Shown: piece after piece, positions 28,430 through 44,296 of the stretch
Layout: every line of letters begins with the position of its first letter
Numbering within the stretch: the stretch's first letter is position 1
Source of the DNA: Nitrospirota bacterium
GTDB taxonomy: Bacteria > Nitrospirota > UBA9217
Reading direction: 5' to 3'
DNA: 64,000 nt
NCBI GenBank assembly: GCA_963737155.1
Contig: CAVTRN010000001.1
Location: 1,088,001-1,152,000 of the forward strand
Notes under the pieces: model-generated
What the model was told of the DNA's origin: nothing
Seen by the model: only the letters and a program-made list of their open reading frames with translations
Databases searched by the model: none
Program-made: the position numbers and the translations under genes

Positions 28430-29532
28430 CTATCCACCCGAGCTTGTTAATTCCTGCATAAGAGATTTGACTGACATAATTTTGTCAACACGGTAGGCAT
28501 TTGTGCCGATCGTATAAAGAGCTTCCTCTTCTGCCGGATTGTACCCAGCTGAACTCAGCAGGCCATTGCAAATGCAGAAATAGTCTTTATTGTCCTCTTT
28601 GGCGGGACAGACAGTGAACTTCCCGTCAGCGTCCTTCATCAGAACATAGCCCTTGTCACACTTGGGTTTTCGAAGGCGTTGAAGCGAGGAAACATACATC
28701 GGTGACTGCTTGATGACTCGGAACGGAAGCCCACAGGGCGAGCCGGGTCGATGAGCTACGACAATGTCTTCTGCTGCAGCGTCAATTACGGCTTTCTTAT
28801 AGACATCGGACGCACTGCTTTCATTGGTTGCAAGGAAGCGTGTGCCCATCTGGACACCGTCGGCTCCCATGCTCATAAAGCGAATTATATCATCATGCGT
28901 GTAGATTCCGCCGGCAACGATGACGGGAAAATCCCCGAATTTTCGCGCTATATCTTTGACCGGAGGCAGGAGATTCTCGAGCTTATTAGAGTCCAGATCG
29001 ATTTGGTCTATGCGGAAACCGAGATGTCCGCCTGCAAGGGGCCCCTCAAGCACGACGGCATCGGGTTGGTAACTTACCTTACTCCATTTTTTGCAGATAA
29101 TTTCGAGCGCCCGTGCGGATGAGACGATAGGTATCAGTGCCGTGTCCTTAGGATGCTGAATAATGGGTAGATTGAGCGGGAGGCCAGCCCCGGAGATTAT
29201 GACGTCAACGCCGGCATCAAGGGCTCCCCGTACGGAGTCGTTGAAGTCTCTCGCCAGCGCTCCCATGATATTGATGCCGACGACGCCACCCCGAATATTG
29301 ACAGAGAGACTTCTTCGTAGGCGGCTTCATAGGTGTTCACTTTTTTGTTACTTCTTTTTTCAATAATCCTATCGAGACAGGCGCTGGAGACGATGCCAAC
29401 TCCGCCTTCGCTCGCAACAGCTTTCGCTAGGGGGTGCAGTGACACGCCGACACCCATGCCGCCCTGGATAATGGGAATCTTAATATGTAAGCCTTTGATA
29501 ATAAGAGGTTTTAACACTGAATCAGATTTCAA
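28430..29532 (-). pseudogene. Nitronate monooxygenase / 2-nitropropane dioxygenase family, split by one frameshift
   Basis: The N-half (IIQGGMGVGVS) and C-half (SGAGLP, EGPLAGGHLG, AGGI, GVQMGTRF) lie in different frames. Adding one G to the G4 run at 29289-29292 restores a single ORF, so this may be a sequencing error. Confidence 0.85.
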
Positions 29533-29757
29533 ATCGCCCCCTTGATATATTCACCACAAACCGGAAGGTTGGAATGTGTTCCGTGGTTAAATTATTTATC
29601 GCTTCTCTTCAAATCAAGATAAAAAAACTTAATAAGTATACCATAGTAAAAGCCTTTATACAACATGAAGTTAGGTGCCTGGCCGTGGCATAACCGAACG
29701 GGGCGATCAAAGCGGTGGTTGACAATTTTTGCTCATTGTGCGATTATCCCTTCGCAT

Positions 29758-30684
29758 ATGAGGATTGTTCGAGGTCTTAAAAGCTTCACGGAACGGTTGC
29801 CGAAACCAGTGCTCACGCTAGGGAATTTTGACGGAGTTCACCTCGGGCACCAAGCTATTTTCAGAAAAGTCATCGCTCGTGCGTGCGATATCGGCGGCAC
29901 CAGTATCGCCTTCACATTCGAACCACATCCGCTCAAGGTAATTGCACCCGAACGTTCTCCCCGCCTCTTGAATACATTTCACGGTAAAATGAAGCTTCTT
30001 GCTGCATCGGGAATCGACGTGGTCATCTGTGCCAATTTTACGAGGGTGTTTGCCGACCAGAATCCGGACGATTTTGCGCGCGGAGTTCTCCACGAAAAAA
30101 TCGGCGTACGGGAAGTTTACGTCGGCTACGACTATGCTTTCGGCAAGGGTCGCGAGGGCAGCATCGAATCTCTGAAGCGCATGGGCCAGACATACGGATT
30201 TGAAGTAGGCGTTATCGAAGCGGTCCAGGCGAACGGGATGGTGGTCAGCAGCTCCACGATTCGTGATATGATCGCCGAGGGCAGGGTGGATGACGCCGCA
30301 AGACTGCTCGGCAGGCACTACACGATCGAAGGCGAGGTTGTACCAGGGGCGCAGCGGGGCCAGAAACTTGGTTTTCCGACGGCGAATCTGAGCACCGCCA
30401 ACGAACTTCTTCCGGCCTATGGCGTCTACGCTGTTCTTGCTTACATCAACGGGCGCAGCGCGAAGGGGGTGGCCTCCATTGGAGTGAGGCCGACGTTTGA
30501 CTCGGGTCCTGTTTCTGTTGAGGTCTATCTTCTGGATTTCGCGGGCAACCTCTACGGTAAACAGATAGATGTTTCATTTATCAAACGTCTTCGCGGGGAG
30601 GAAAAATTTACCGACGCGGAAGGGCTGGTGCGTCAGATCAGGATAGATGTGAAAGAAGCTGAATTGGTTTTGAAGGATCGCTGA
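29758..30684 (+). CDS. ribF: Bifunctional riboflavin kinase/FAD synthetase
   Basis: GNFDGVHLGH, TFEPHP, SSSTIR, GFPTAN, GVRPTF and LRGEEKF motifs. Confidence 0.96.
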   Translation: MRIVRGLKSFTERLPKPVLTLGNFDGVHLGHQAIFRKVIARACDIGGTSIAFTFEPHPLKVIAPERSPRLLNTFHGKMKLLAASGIDVVICANFTRVFADQNPDDFARGVLHEKIGVREVYVGYDYAFGKGREGSIESLKRMGQTYGFEVGVIEAVQANGMVVSSSTIRDMIAEGRVDDAARLLGRHYTIEGEVVPGAQRGQKLGFPTANLSTANELLPAYGVYAVLAYINGRSAKGVASIGVRPTFDSGPVSVEVYLLDFAGNLYGKQIDVSFIKRLRGEEKFTDAEGLVRQIRIDVKEAELVLKDR

Positions 30685-30783
30685 AGTCTGATGTTTCGGC
30701 GGGATAGTGAAGAGGGGAACCGAAAGGCGCAAGAATAGCAAAGTGATCGCATAGTAGACCGGATTGGGAGGAGGTGATTCATT

Positions 30784-30861
30784 ATGGCATGCGGATCGAA
30801 GTGCGGCGCAAAAAAAGCTACAAAGAAAAAAGTGGCAACGAAAAAAACGACAAAAAAATAG
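30784..30861 (+). CDS. Small basic protein, 25 aa (MACGSKCGAKKATKKKVATKKTTKK)
   Basis: GGAGGAGGTGA SD 6 nt before the ATG, a clean ORF, and a hairpin immediately downstream. Confidence 0.65.
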   Translation: MACGSKCGAKKATKKKVATKKTTKK

Positions 30862-30876
30862 GCTTAATATTTTAGT

Positions 30877-30904
30877 AGGGCGGGAACGTAATCCCGCCTT
30901 ATTT
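30877..30904 (+). terminator. Hairpin after the small ORF
   Basis: AGGGCGGGA-ACGTAA-TCCCGCCTT-ATTT. Confidence 0.55.
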
Positions 30905-31101
30905 CATCTGCAATGTCCGCCTCCGGTCGGAGCCTGCCAAACAGTTTTTTTCTCATCCTGCTGCTGTAAACTTCCTTACTCTTTTGTTTTCTGCGCGATA
31001 GGAGCCGTTCATTTATACCTGTCTTTCGCTCAATATTAAAATTGACTTTTCTGGCAGGCTGTGATAGATACAGCAGACTGTGAAATGAGGAGAATGAGAC
31101 G

Positions 31102-31470
31102 GTGAGGACCGCAGTTATTATTTTATTTCACGGGAGCAGGGCCGAGGGGGCCGGCGAAACAGCGCGAAGAATTGTGGACGAGGTCGGAAAAAGAGGGAAG
31201 TTCGGTGTCGTCACAACCGCGTTTCTGCAGCATGTAAAGCCGGACCTTATTGAGGCTGTCCATTCCTGTGTCCGGCAGGGCACAAACAAAATCGTCGTTG
31301 TGCCTTTCTTCCTGCAGTTGGGCATACACGTTACCGCTGACATTCCCGCTCTCATGGATCATATCAAGAAACAATATCCCGATATTACGATCGTTGCAAC
31401 CGGTGCAGTTGGCTCACATCCCCTGATGGCGGAGATTGTTGTGGAACTGGCCCGGGAGATTGACGCTTGA
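31102..31470 (+). CDS. cbiX: Sirohydrochlorin chelatase, CbiX/SirB short form
   Basis: HGSR, AFLQ..P and VVPFFLxxGxHVxxDIP motifs. Single domain of 122 aa. Confidence 0.8.
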   Translation: MRTAVIILFHGSRAEGAGETARRIVDEVGKRGKFGVVTTAFLQHVKPDLIEAVHSCVRQGTNKIVVVPFFLQLGIHVTADIPALMDHIKKQYPDITIVATGAVGSHPLMAEIVVELAREIDA

Positions 31471-31502
31471 ACATGAGTGAAAGAAGCGAAACAGTCTACA
31501 AT

Positions 31503-32720
31503 ATGCTTACGGCAAAAGAACAATTTAACATCATAAAACGTGGAGCGGTGGAAATCATCGTCGAGGACGATCTTCGGAAGAAACTCGAGCGCTCTGTTGC
31601 AACGAGGAAATCTCTTCGGGTCAAAGCAGGTTTCGACCCCACGGCCCCCGACATACATGTAGGCCACACCGTACTGCTGAACAAGATGCGCCAGTTTCAG
31701 GAACTGGGTCATGAGGTTATTTTTCTGATCGGTGATTTTACCGGCATGATCGGCGATCCCACCGGAAAATCCGAAACGAGGAAGCATCTGACGCGGGAAG
31801 AGGTGCTGGAGAATGCCAAGACCTATGAGACGCAGATCTTTAAAATTCTCGACCCGGTGCTAACAAAAATAACATTCAACAGCGAATGGATGTCGAAGAT
31901 GTCCGCCGCGGACTTGATCCAACTGGCGGCGAAGCACACTGTAGCGCGCATGCTTGAGCGGGAAGATTTCAGAAAACGTTATAAGGCCGAACATCCCATT
32001 AGCATCCACGAATTTCTCTACCCTCTCATCCAAGGTTATGATTCGGTCATGCTGAAGGCGGATGTAGAGCTGGGCGGAACGGACCAAAAGTTCAATCTCC
32101 TTGTCGGCAGGGAACTTCAGAAGGAATTCGGCCAGGAGCCGCAGTCCATCGTAATGATGCCGCTTCTTGAAGGGCTCGACGGTGTAAACAAAATGAGCAA
32201 AAGCCTTGGGAATTACATCGGAATCAATGAGCCGGCCAAGGATATTTTTGGCAAGATCATGTCCGTGAGCGATGGCCTCATGCTCCGCTATTATGAGCTC
32301 GTAAGCTCGATATCGATCGAGGATCTGGAAAGGATTAAGAAGGAGATTCAATCCGGAGCGCTTCATCCCATGGAAGCGAAGAAACGGCTTGCTGCTGAGT
32401 TGGTAGACCGCTATTGTTCGATGGGCGAAGGTGCGAAATCGCGGGAAAAATTCGAAAAAATTTTCAGTGACCGCTATCTTCCTGAAGACATGCCGATAAT
32501 CGAAATAGCCTGGGAAGGCGAGAGCATGAAACTCTTAAAGATCATGGCATTGGCTGGCATCGCGAAAAGCAATTCCGAAGCCCGGAGATTGATACAGCAA
32601 GGGGCAGTCGAGGTTGATCAAAGGCCAGTGAAAGACGTGGACGCTGAATTGTCTTCGACAGGAAGATACACATTGCGAGTAGGAAAGAAGCGATTTTTTC
32701 AGGTTATTGCTAGGAGCTAA
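31503..32720 (+). CDS. tyrS: Tyrosine--tRNA ligase
   Basis: [13 protein letters not shown] (HIGH), [21 protein letters not shown] and a C-terminal S4 domain. Confidence 0.97.
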   Translation: MLTAKEQFNIIKRGAVEIIVEDDLRKKLERSVATRKSLRVKAGFDPTAPDIHVGHTVLLNKMRQFQELGHEVIFLIGDFTGMIGDPTGKSETRKHLTREEVLENAKTYETQIFKILDPVLTKITFNSEWMSKMSAADLIQLAAKHTVARMLEREDFRKRYKAEHPISIHEFLYPLIQGYDSVMLKADVELGGTDQKFNLLVGRELQKEFGQEPQSIVMMPLLEGLDGVNKMSKSLGNYIGINEPAKDIFGKIMSVSDGLMLRYYELVSSISIEDLERIKKEIQSGALHPMEAKKRLAAELVDRYCSMGEGAKSREKFEKIFSDRYLPEDMPIIEIAWEGESMKLLKIMALAGIAKSNSEARRLIQQGAVEVDQRPVKDVDAELSSTGRYTLRVGKKRFFQVIARS

Positions 32721-32749
32721 AAAAAATTATCAGCCGAAGAAAAAAAGTC

Positions 32750-32955
32750 TTGACATGGGGAAGGGTTTCTGTTAAATTGCGCCCTCGTTCGGCGGTAAAC
32801 CTCGGGCAAAACCTCGAAGTTCAATCAATACCAACCGAGCATTACAAAAATCATTTTTAAATAATTTTCAAATAGAAAAATAATATCTTGACAAACTAAA
32901 GTGTTTTCGTTATGATTATTATTCTGTGAAGCACACATGGTCTTTGAAAACTAAA
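32750..32955 (+). promoter_or_regulatory. Tandem rrn promoters P1/P2 and boxA
   Basis: P1 is TTGACA(32750)-17-TAAATT with a GC-rich discriminator. P2 is TTGACA(32888)-17-TATGAT. A boxA-like TGGTCTTTGAAAAC is at 32938. Confidence 0.75.
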
Positions 32956-33068
32956 TAGGTGCATTAAGTTCCAAACAGCTTTTTTAAGTTATTTGGAACG
33001 GCGGGTTTTGGGTAACAAAAAACTGTCAAGTTACTTTGTGTAACTTTGCTTATAAGGATCAGATTTTT

Positions 33069-34634
<1,566 letters not shown>

Positions 34635-34781
34635 GAATTGGAGATTCTCATAATCTCCCATCCAGGTCGTTCCGCCAGCACCTATTTAGTTTTGAAGGAC
34701 CATGAGCAATGCTCAGGGCTATAGGCATGGGCTCGGAGATTAACCCGCGGGAAGTCCTGAGCCTGATAGAAGCGATAAAAC

Positions 34782-34858
<77 letters not shown>

Positions 34859-34899
34859 GTACAGCAATCCGTGAGAAAAAACCGGAATTGTGCTAATTC

Positions 34900-34975
34900 G
34901 GGGCTGTAGCTCAGCTGGGAGAGCACCTGCTTTGCAAGCAGGGGGTCAGCGGTTCGATCCCGCTCAGCTCCACCA
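34900..34975 (+). tRNA. tRNA-Ala(TGC)
   Basis: Cloverleaf with anticodon loop TTTGCAA, a G3-U70 pair and CCA. Confidence 0.97.
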
Positions 34976-35153
34976 AATAAACAGCACACTCAAAGCTCAG
35001 AATTCAGAGTTCAAGACTGTTGAGCTTTTAATTGTGAATTTTGATTTCCCGAGCGCATAGCTCGGGATTGTTCTTTGACAACTGAATAAGCAAGATACAA
35101 GAAAAGCTGAGGCGAAATCAAGAAACGCCGAATCTGCCAAAAGCAGGTTCGGT

Positions 35154-38152
<2,999 letters not shown>

Positions 38153-38242
38153 CTATTATTATTAAATGAATCTGCTTTTGACAGATTCGGCTTTTCGAAG
38201 TACTCTTGCTTATTCAGTGTCATTGATTATCGTCATACGATT

Positions 38243-38359
<117 letters not shown>

Positions 38360-38369
38360 TATTTTTTCG

Positions 38370-38402
38370 AAGCCCGTCATCTTATGATGATGGGCTTTTT
38401 TT
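38370..38402 (+). terminator. rrn terminator
   Basis: AAGCCCGTCATC-TTAT-GATGATGGGCTT plus a T tract. Confidence 0.85.
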
Positions 38403-38644
38403 GTTTACGACCCAGCAAGAAGAGATTATGTGGAATTGCCTACCATCCGTGAATGGCGATAAGGCCTGTTAATATCGCCTTTCTGCAAATCGATGAAAGA
38501 TGTGGTCAGTGCAGCTACATGCATGCACTCAATGGTCATGCTAGAATGCGCGTTTCACGGAAAGGAGTTGACCATGAAATCACGATCACAAAAACTGCCT
38601 GCATGCCTATTGACATTGAAACTGCCTCAACTTTGCGCTCCTAG

Positions 38645-40645
38645 CCCATCTTCCGCAGTTTGATCATCTTTTAAACTATTTTGAGCCGGTTTGAGCAACC
38701 AACTTATTGATTTTTTTAATGGTGATCTTTGAAAACCGCGTGTAGTGCCGACCACCCTCTTGCCTCCCTCGTTCTTTTCAGCGATAATGCGAGCAGAGGA
38801 GAACAAGGTAGATGTACTTGCGTCGACGCCGTCGTAAAAAAAATGGAACTGAATACGAGTCGTGGGCACTTGTAGAATCTATTCGTACTGCCAAGGGGCC
38901 GCGCCAGACCACCGTCGCTACCATCGGCAAGCTACCCGGCCTCGATCGGGAAGAGCGAGTGGGATGGGGAGAGATCGGGCGAATCCTGGACGGTAAACCA
39001 GCGCCGTCCCTTTCGCTATTTGACAAAAACGATGATATCCCGTCGTGGGCGACGGTCAATGTCAAAGGAGTGCAAGTTGATCGCCTGCGCTCTTTTGGTG
39101 ATGTCTATCTTGCACTTGCGATGTGGAGGAGACTCAGGCTTTCGGAATTTTGTGAAGAGCATATCAAGGTTGGAAGAGAAGAAGTACCGTGGTCGATCAT
39201 GGCCTGCATTTTGACTCTGGCACGATTCTGCGCACCATCCTCGGATCTCCAAGTGGCCGACTTCTGGTATGGCACAACTGCACTGGATGATCTGTTGGGC
39301 GTGCCCAAAGAGAAGATCAACGATGACCGGCTCTACCGGGCACTTGATGCCCTGCTGCCCCACAAGGAGGCCCTATGCAGGCATCTGCAGCAGCGGTACG
39401 GAGAACTATTCGGGACACGGTTCGATTTTCTCTTTTACGACATCACGTCGACATATTTTGAAGGGGCCATGACGGGGAACTCGCAAGCAAAGCGCGGATA
39501 CAGTCGAGACGGCCGGCCTGATTGTGTCCAGGTTACCATCGGGCTTGTGGCGAGCAAAGAGGGACTGCCGTTGGCCTTTGAAGTCTTCGATGGGAACCGG
39601 ACCGATGTGACTACCGTAGAAGAGATGGTCGAGACAATGGCAACGAAATACGGCAAGGCCGAGCGCATATGGGTGATGGATCGCGGCATGGTGAGTGAAG
39701 AGAATCTCGAATATATGCGCGAGCAGGGAGCCCGATATCTGGTCGGCACGCCCAAGGCCATGCTTAAGAAATTCGAGCGTGAGTTGCTTATGGAGAACTG
39801 GCAAACAGTCCGGCCCGATGTGGAGATCAAGCTCTGCCCGTCACCTGACGGCAGCGAAGAAACGTTCCTTCTGTGCCGTTCAAAAGGACGCAAAGAGAAG
39901 GAAGAAGCGATTCTGAACCGGTTCATCACCCGGTTGGAAGAAGGCCTTACAAAAATGCAGAATCAGGCCAGCGCGGGCAAACTCCGGGATAAGCAGAAGG
40001 TAGAACGAAGAATCGGCAGGCTTCTCGAACGGAATAGCCGTGCGGCATCATTGTACGAAGTCCTGGTCTCTGAGACAGGAAGCGGCAAAGACACACGCCT
40101 AAGCATCACAATCACCAAAAACGAAGAACGATACAACTGGGCGCTCAAAACAAGCGGCAGCTATCTCTTGCGTACGAACTGGCCCGAACGCGATCCGCAG
40201 GAGCTGTGGAAGACCTATATCGAGCTGACGCAGGTGGAGGATGCTTTTCGCATAAGCAAAAGCGATCTTGGTATGCGACCAATCTTCCATCAGAAGAAAG
40301 ATCGCACCCAGGCGCACATCCTTGTGTGTTTCCTCTCACTCGCCATGTGGCGGATGCTCTCGCACTGGATGTCCTGTTCCGGCATCGGCAGCGCGCCAAG
40401 GAAACTAATCGAAGAACTGCGTATTGTAAAATCGCTCGACGTGTTGTTGCCAACACGCGATAAGACAATCAGACTTCGGGTGGTGAGCAAGGCGCCGAAG
40501 GACCTACAGCCGCTTCTTCAGAGACTCAAGCTGCCGTTACCGAACAGACCGAAGATAGTTGAAAATGTAGTGCCGACTTTTGCCAATTGTGCAAGCTAAG
40601 AAACTGATTTATTGGAACTTTGAATTTTTTACTGCGGAAGATGGG
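38645..40645 (+). mobile_element. IS1634-family insertion sequence (2001 bp)
   Basis: Perfect 15-bp TIRs CCCATCTTCCGCAGT (38645-59) and ACTGCGGAAGATGGG (40631-45). CTAG flanks both sides. Confidence 0.88.
38812..40599 (+). CDS. IS1634-family DDE transposase
   Basis: YDITSTYFEG, GYSRDGRPD, VMDRGM and VEDAFR..KSDL.MRP.FHQ...AH motifs. Confidence 0.92.
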   Translation: MYLRRRRRKKNGTEYESWALVESIRTAKGPRQTTVATIGKLPGLDREERVGWGEIGRILDGKPAPSLSLFDKNDDIPSWATVNVKGVQVDRLRSFGDVYLALAMWRRLRLSEFCEEHIKVGREEVPWSIMACILTLARFCAPSSDLQVADFWYGTTALDDLLGVPKEKINDDRLYRALDALLPHKEALCRHLQQRYGELFGTRFDFLFYDITSTYFEGAMTGNSQAKRGYSRDGRPDCVQVTIGLVASKEGLPLAFEVFDGNRTDVTTVEEMVETMATKYGKAERIWVMDRGMVSEENLEYMREQGARYLVGTPKAMLKKFERELLMENWQTVRPDVEIKLCPSPDGSEETFLLCRSKGRKEKEEAILNRFITRLEEGLTKMQNQASAGKLRDKQKVERRIGRLLERNSRAASLYEVLVSETGSGKDTRLSITITKNEERYNWALKTSGSYLLRTNWPERDPQELWKTYIELTQVEDAFRISKSDLGMRPIFHQKKDRTQAHILVCFLSLAMWRMLSHWMSCSGIGSAPRKLIEELRIVKSLDVLLPTRDKTIRLRVVSKAPKDLQPLLQRLKLPLPNRPKIVENVVPTFANCAS

Positions 40646-40735
40646 CTAGAGGCTTTGAACAATCGCTATTTCCCAGTTCGCGCCTTCCCGGCACTTTCAG
40701 GTTGACTCGGGCATAATTCACGGTATAATCGTTTC

Positions 40736-42151
40736 ATGCGAGAATTGGCTCGAGGTGAAGAATTTTACGATGGCACTGCCCTGCTCGGCGATCCCGTACA
40801 TGGCTACATCACTTTTACCACTCCGCACGGCTTAAACGAAAAAACCGAGAAAGACCTTATTGATACGCCCTGGATGCAGCGTTTGAGGCAGATTTACCAG
40901 CTTCAGAGCGCTCGCTGGGTTTACCCGTCGGCAGAACACAGCAGATTTCAGCATGTGCTCGGCGCCATGCATCTGGCTGGAAGGTTCGCTCGTCATCTCT
41001 ACCCCTCGCTCAAAGCGGCAGCGCATGACTGCCCATCGGCAAATTATGTTGAGGAGTTTCTTCGGATCGCGGCACTGCTTCACGACATCGGGCACGGCCC
41101 TTTCGGACACTTTTTTGACGATAACTATCTTGCACTGTATGACCTTACCCACGAGAAATTGGGCCAGCACATCATCAGGACCGAACTCGCCGATATTATC
41201 AAGGCCATTCGTCGAAGCCCTACTGGAGAATTCGCAAAAGGGGAAAAGCTGAACCCCGACCAGGTTGCGTTCCTCATCGGTAAAGGTCCAGGGTCGACCT
41301 CATCAAAACAGCCTCACTGGACCGTTTTTTTGCAACCACTCCTGTCTGGCATCTACACTGTGGACAATCTCGATTATGTCATGCGTGACGCATATATGTG
41401 TGGTGTTGCCATCGGCGCTGTGGACATCGATCGGCTCATGTATTACACGTTTTTCACAGACAAGGGGTTGACACTCCATAAATCCGGATTGACCGCCCTA
41501 AATATGTTTCTAAACGCCCGGCTCTACATGTACACGAATGTGTATTACCATCGGACCACTCGTGCCATAGATGAACACCTGAAGGAACTGTTCAAAGAGA
41601 CCATGGCTAGAATTTTTCCATATGGCAATCCCGTTAAAAACCTGCAGGATTATCTTTCCTTGACTGATTGGTCGTTGCTCGAAGGGGTGCGAAAGTGGGA
41701 AGGGAGCAAGAACACCGAAACTGCCATGCTCGGCAGGGAATGGGCCGCCATTCTTGCTCGCGAGGTCAAATGGAAGATGGCTTACGATGTTACGCTTTCA
41801 ATGCGTATTTTCGAAAAGGGGAAGACTATTATTGATGAAAGCGAACTGGTGAAAAGAATCAAAAAGAACCTGCCACTGAAGCTGAAGGACCTGAGGTTCT
41901 GCGTGGACATGGCAAGTCAGGACCCCCGTCCGGTCAACCCGCTTATGATGGGCGAACGTCAGATCTATGTGTTCAATCCTTCAACCCGCAAGGTGGAAAA
42001 GGAACCTCTCAAGGACTTTTTCGATTATATCCCTGCACGGGTCGTTCAGTGCAGGGTTTTTACCCTGAATCACGACCACGACAAGGAACTTGCTGATATC
42101 ATAGACAAAGTACTAGGAATCCAGGAGGACAGCATCAAAACGAACGTTTGA
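40736..42151 (+). CDS. HD-domain phosphohydrolase (SAMHD1/YdhJ-like putative dNTPase)
   Basis: DPVHG, QRLRQIYQL, HSRFQH, LLHDIGHGPF, DNLDYVMRD and VYYHRT motifs. Confidence 0.88.
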   Translation: MRELARGEEFYDGTALLGDPVHGYITFTTPHGLNEKTEKDLIDTPWMQRLRQIYQLQSARWVYPSAEHSRFQHVLGAMHLAGRFARHLYPSLKAAAHDCPSANYVEEFLRIAALLHDIGHGPFGHFFDDNYLALYDLTHEKLGQHIIRTELADIIKAIRRSPTGEFAKGEKLNPDQVAFLIGKGPGSTSSKQPHWTVFLQPLLSGIYTVDNLDYVMRDAYMCGVAIGAVDIDRLMYYTFFTDKGLTLHKSGLTALNMFLNARLYMYTNVYYHRTTRAIDEHLKELFKETMARIFPYGNPVKNLQDYLSLTDWSLLEGVRKWEGSKNTETAMLGREWAAILAREVKWKMAYDVTLSMRIFEKGKTIIDESELVKRIKKNLPLKLKDLRFCVDMASQDPRPVNPLMMGERQIYVFNPSTRKVEKEPLKDFFDYIPARVVQCRVFTLNHDHDKELADIIDKVLGIQEDSIKTNV

Positions 42152-42336
42152 GCACCAACGTCGCGTTTCATCTTCTTGCTTCTGGTTTAAGTTGTACCTC
42201 GATTCACTGGTCAATCGGGCTTGTGAGGTAACGTTCATTGCCAAAACAGGGCTGAAGAAACCGGTATCATCAATTAGTCTGGTATAATCTATTCGCCTTG
42301 CCGAGAAAACCTCTACCGTTCGCAATCACCGCTAAT

Positions 42337-44169
42337 TTACCGTATTTTTGCGATCTCTCTAATCCTCTTGACAATTGCTGCGGCAGATATTTCTTCATAC
42401 TCCAGAAGTTCCGCAGGTTTGCCGCTCCGCGGCATTTTTCTCACAGCCAGTGAGTAGACGGGAACTTCCGTTTTCGAAAGCACACTCATTACCGCCTCTC
42501 CGAGCCCGCCTTCGGCAAAATGATCCTCCACCGTGATAACGGCACCCGTCTCGCGGGCTGCATTGATGATAGTTGCTTCATCCAGCGGTTTGATGCTGTA
42601 CAGGTCGATTATACGAACCAGGATGTTCTCTTTTTTTAACTCTTCGTATGCCTGAAGCGCCTCATGCACTGTTATGCCCGCAGCCACGATGACCGCAATA
42701 TCAGCCTTATTGGATTTTAGGAGCTTGCTTCCGCCGATGTGGAATACTTCGTCGTTGCCGTAAATAACGGGAGTTTCCTTCCTCGTAGTTCGAAGATAGG
42801 AAATTCCTTTGTGCCTGGCCATTTCTGCAACGAGCTTTTCCGTAGATACCGCATCGGAAGTGTAAAGGACAACGCTGTTCAGTAGCGTCCTGAACAGGGC
42901 GATATCCTCAAGTCCCATTTGAGATGATCCGTCCTCGCCGATTGAAACGCCGGCATGAGAGCCGCAGAATTTAATGTTTGCTTTCGAATATTGGCTCATC
43001 CGGATTTGGTCGAAGGCTCGAGACAGGAAGGCTGCAAACGTGGAGACAAAGGGTGTCTTGCCCCGGAGCGATAGGCCGAGGGCTGTGCCGACCATGTTCT
43101 GTTCGGCAATGAACATTTCGAAAAACCGATCCGGATTCGTTGCCTTAAAAAGATCCGAATATGTTGAGTTGCTCACCTCTGCATCGAGTACGACCATATT
43201 CGGGGACTCCGGAAAAATTCTTACAAGTGCCGTCCCGTAGGCATGACGTGTAGACATGAGCTTGTCGGTCGTATAGAAAACGGGCTGTGCGTTCGAGGGG
43301 GACATTTCTATCGGCCTCAGGTTATCAGGCTTTTCAATTTTCCCTATGATTGTTTTGTCGATTGGTTTGAGTTCTTCGAGAGCCCGGGCAAGTTCATCCT
43401 TGTTCAACGGTTTGCCGTGCCAGCCGTTTTTGTCTTCGATGAAGGATACTCCCTTGCCTTTGATGGTTCTGGCAATGATCATGACAGGCTTATCCTTGGC
43501 AGACAACGCCTGTTTATATGCCGTCAGAATCTGCGGCAGCTGATGTCCGTCGATTAAAATGGGTTCCCAGCCGAATGCCGATACCCGGTCTTTGTAAACT
43601 GAGAGATCATGGCCGTACATAGTCTCCCCGCGCTGTCCGAGGCGATTCACATCGATAACGCCGGTGAGGTTGTCGAGCTTGTAGAATGCTGCGATCTCCA
43701 TGGCTTCCCACTGAGAGCCTTCGGCCATTTCGCTGTCGCCAAGCAGCACATAGGTCCGGTATGGCAGTTTATCAATGAACTTGGCGTTTAGTGCCATGCC
43801 CACGCCAATGGAGAGACCCTGCCCAAGGGAGCCTGTGGCTGCCTCGGTGTACTTGAATTCACGTGTCGGGTGGCCCTCCAAATTGCTGTTGAATTTTCTG
43901 AAAGTCATGAGCTCTTGCTCCGACACTTTTCCAGCTGCTGCCCAGAGAGAATAAAAAAGTGGAGAGGCATGGCCTTTGGAAAAGATCAGTCGGTCGTTAT
44001 TCGGATGTTGGGGATTATCAAGGTCGTATTTAAACGTTCCGCCGAAAAGAAGTCCCGCCATGAGGTCTGCCGCGGATAGTGAGGAGGTCGGATGACCGGA
44101 ACCAGCTTCAGTTGACATAACGAGACTGTAATAGCGTATAAGTTTTGCGATGTTTTCCAAGTTATTCAT
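42337..44169 (-). CDS. tkt: Transketolase (single chain, about 610 aa)
   Basis: SGHPTS, SKGHASP, TGSLGQG, GDSEMAEG (TPP motif), IAEQNMV and EDGSSQM. Confidence 0.93.
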   Translation of the reverse strand: MNNLENIAKLIRYYSLVMSTEAGSGHPTSSLSAADLMAGLLFGGTFKYDLDNPQHPNNDRLIFSKGHASPLFYSLWAAAGKVSEQELMTFRKFNSNLEGHPTREFKYTEAATGSLGQGLSIGVGMALNAKFIDKLPYRTYVLLGDSEMAEGSQWEAMEIAAFYKLDNLTGVIDVNRLGQRGETMYGHDLSVYKDRVSAFGWEPILIDGHQLPQILTAYKQALSAKDKPVMIIARTIKGKGVSFIEDKNGWHGKPLNKDELARALEELKPIDKTIIGKIEKPDNLRPIEMSPSNAQPVFYTTDKLMSTRHAYGTALVRIFPESPNMVVLDAEVSNSTYSDLFKATNPDRFFEMFIAEQNMVGTALGLSLRGKTPFVSTFAAFLSRAFDQIRMSQYSKANIKFCGSHAGVSIGEDGSSQMGLEDIALFRTLLNSVVLYTSDAVSTEKLVAEMARHKGISYLRTTRKETPVIYGNDEVFHIGGSKLLKSNKADIAVIVAAGITVHEALQAYEELKKENILVRIIDLYSIKPLDEATIINAARETGAVITVEDHFAEGGLGEAVMSVLSKTEVPVYSLAVRKMPRSGKPAELLEYEEISAAAIVKRIREIAKIR

Positions 44170-44296
44170 AGTTCACCTCGAATTAAGATTCACAGAACCC
44201 AGGCGGATCGGGGAGGGAGAGCCGAAAAGATGTAAAGAAAGTTCTCAATCCAGCCCTATCCGGCCTTTCTGTGTTTACTCTCTAACTATAGAACGT

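Noticed and set aside
30690-30765. GAAGAGGGGAACCG resembling a cobalamin riboswitch upstream of cbiX
   Set aside because: The following GGTG/AAxTCC and B12-box elements are absent.
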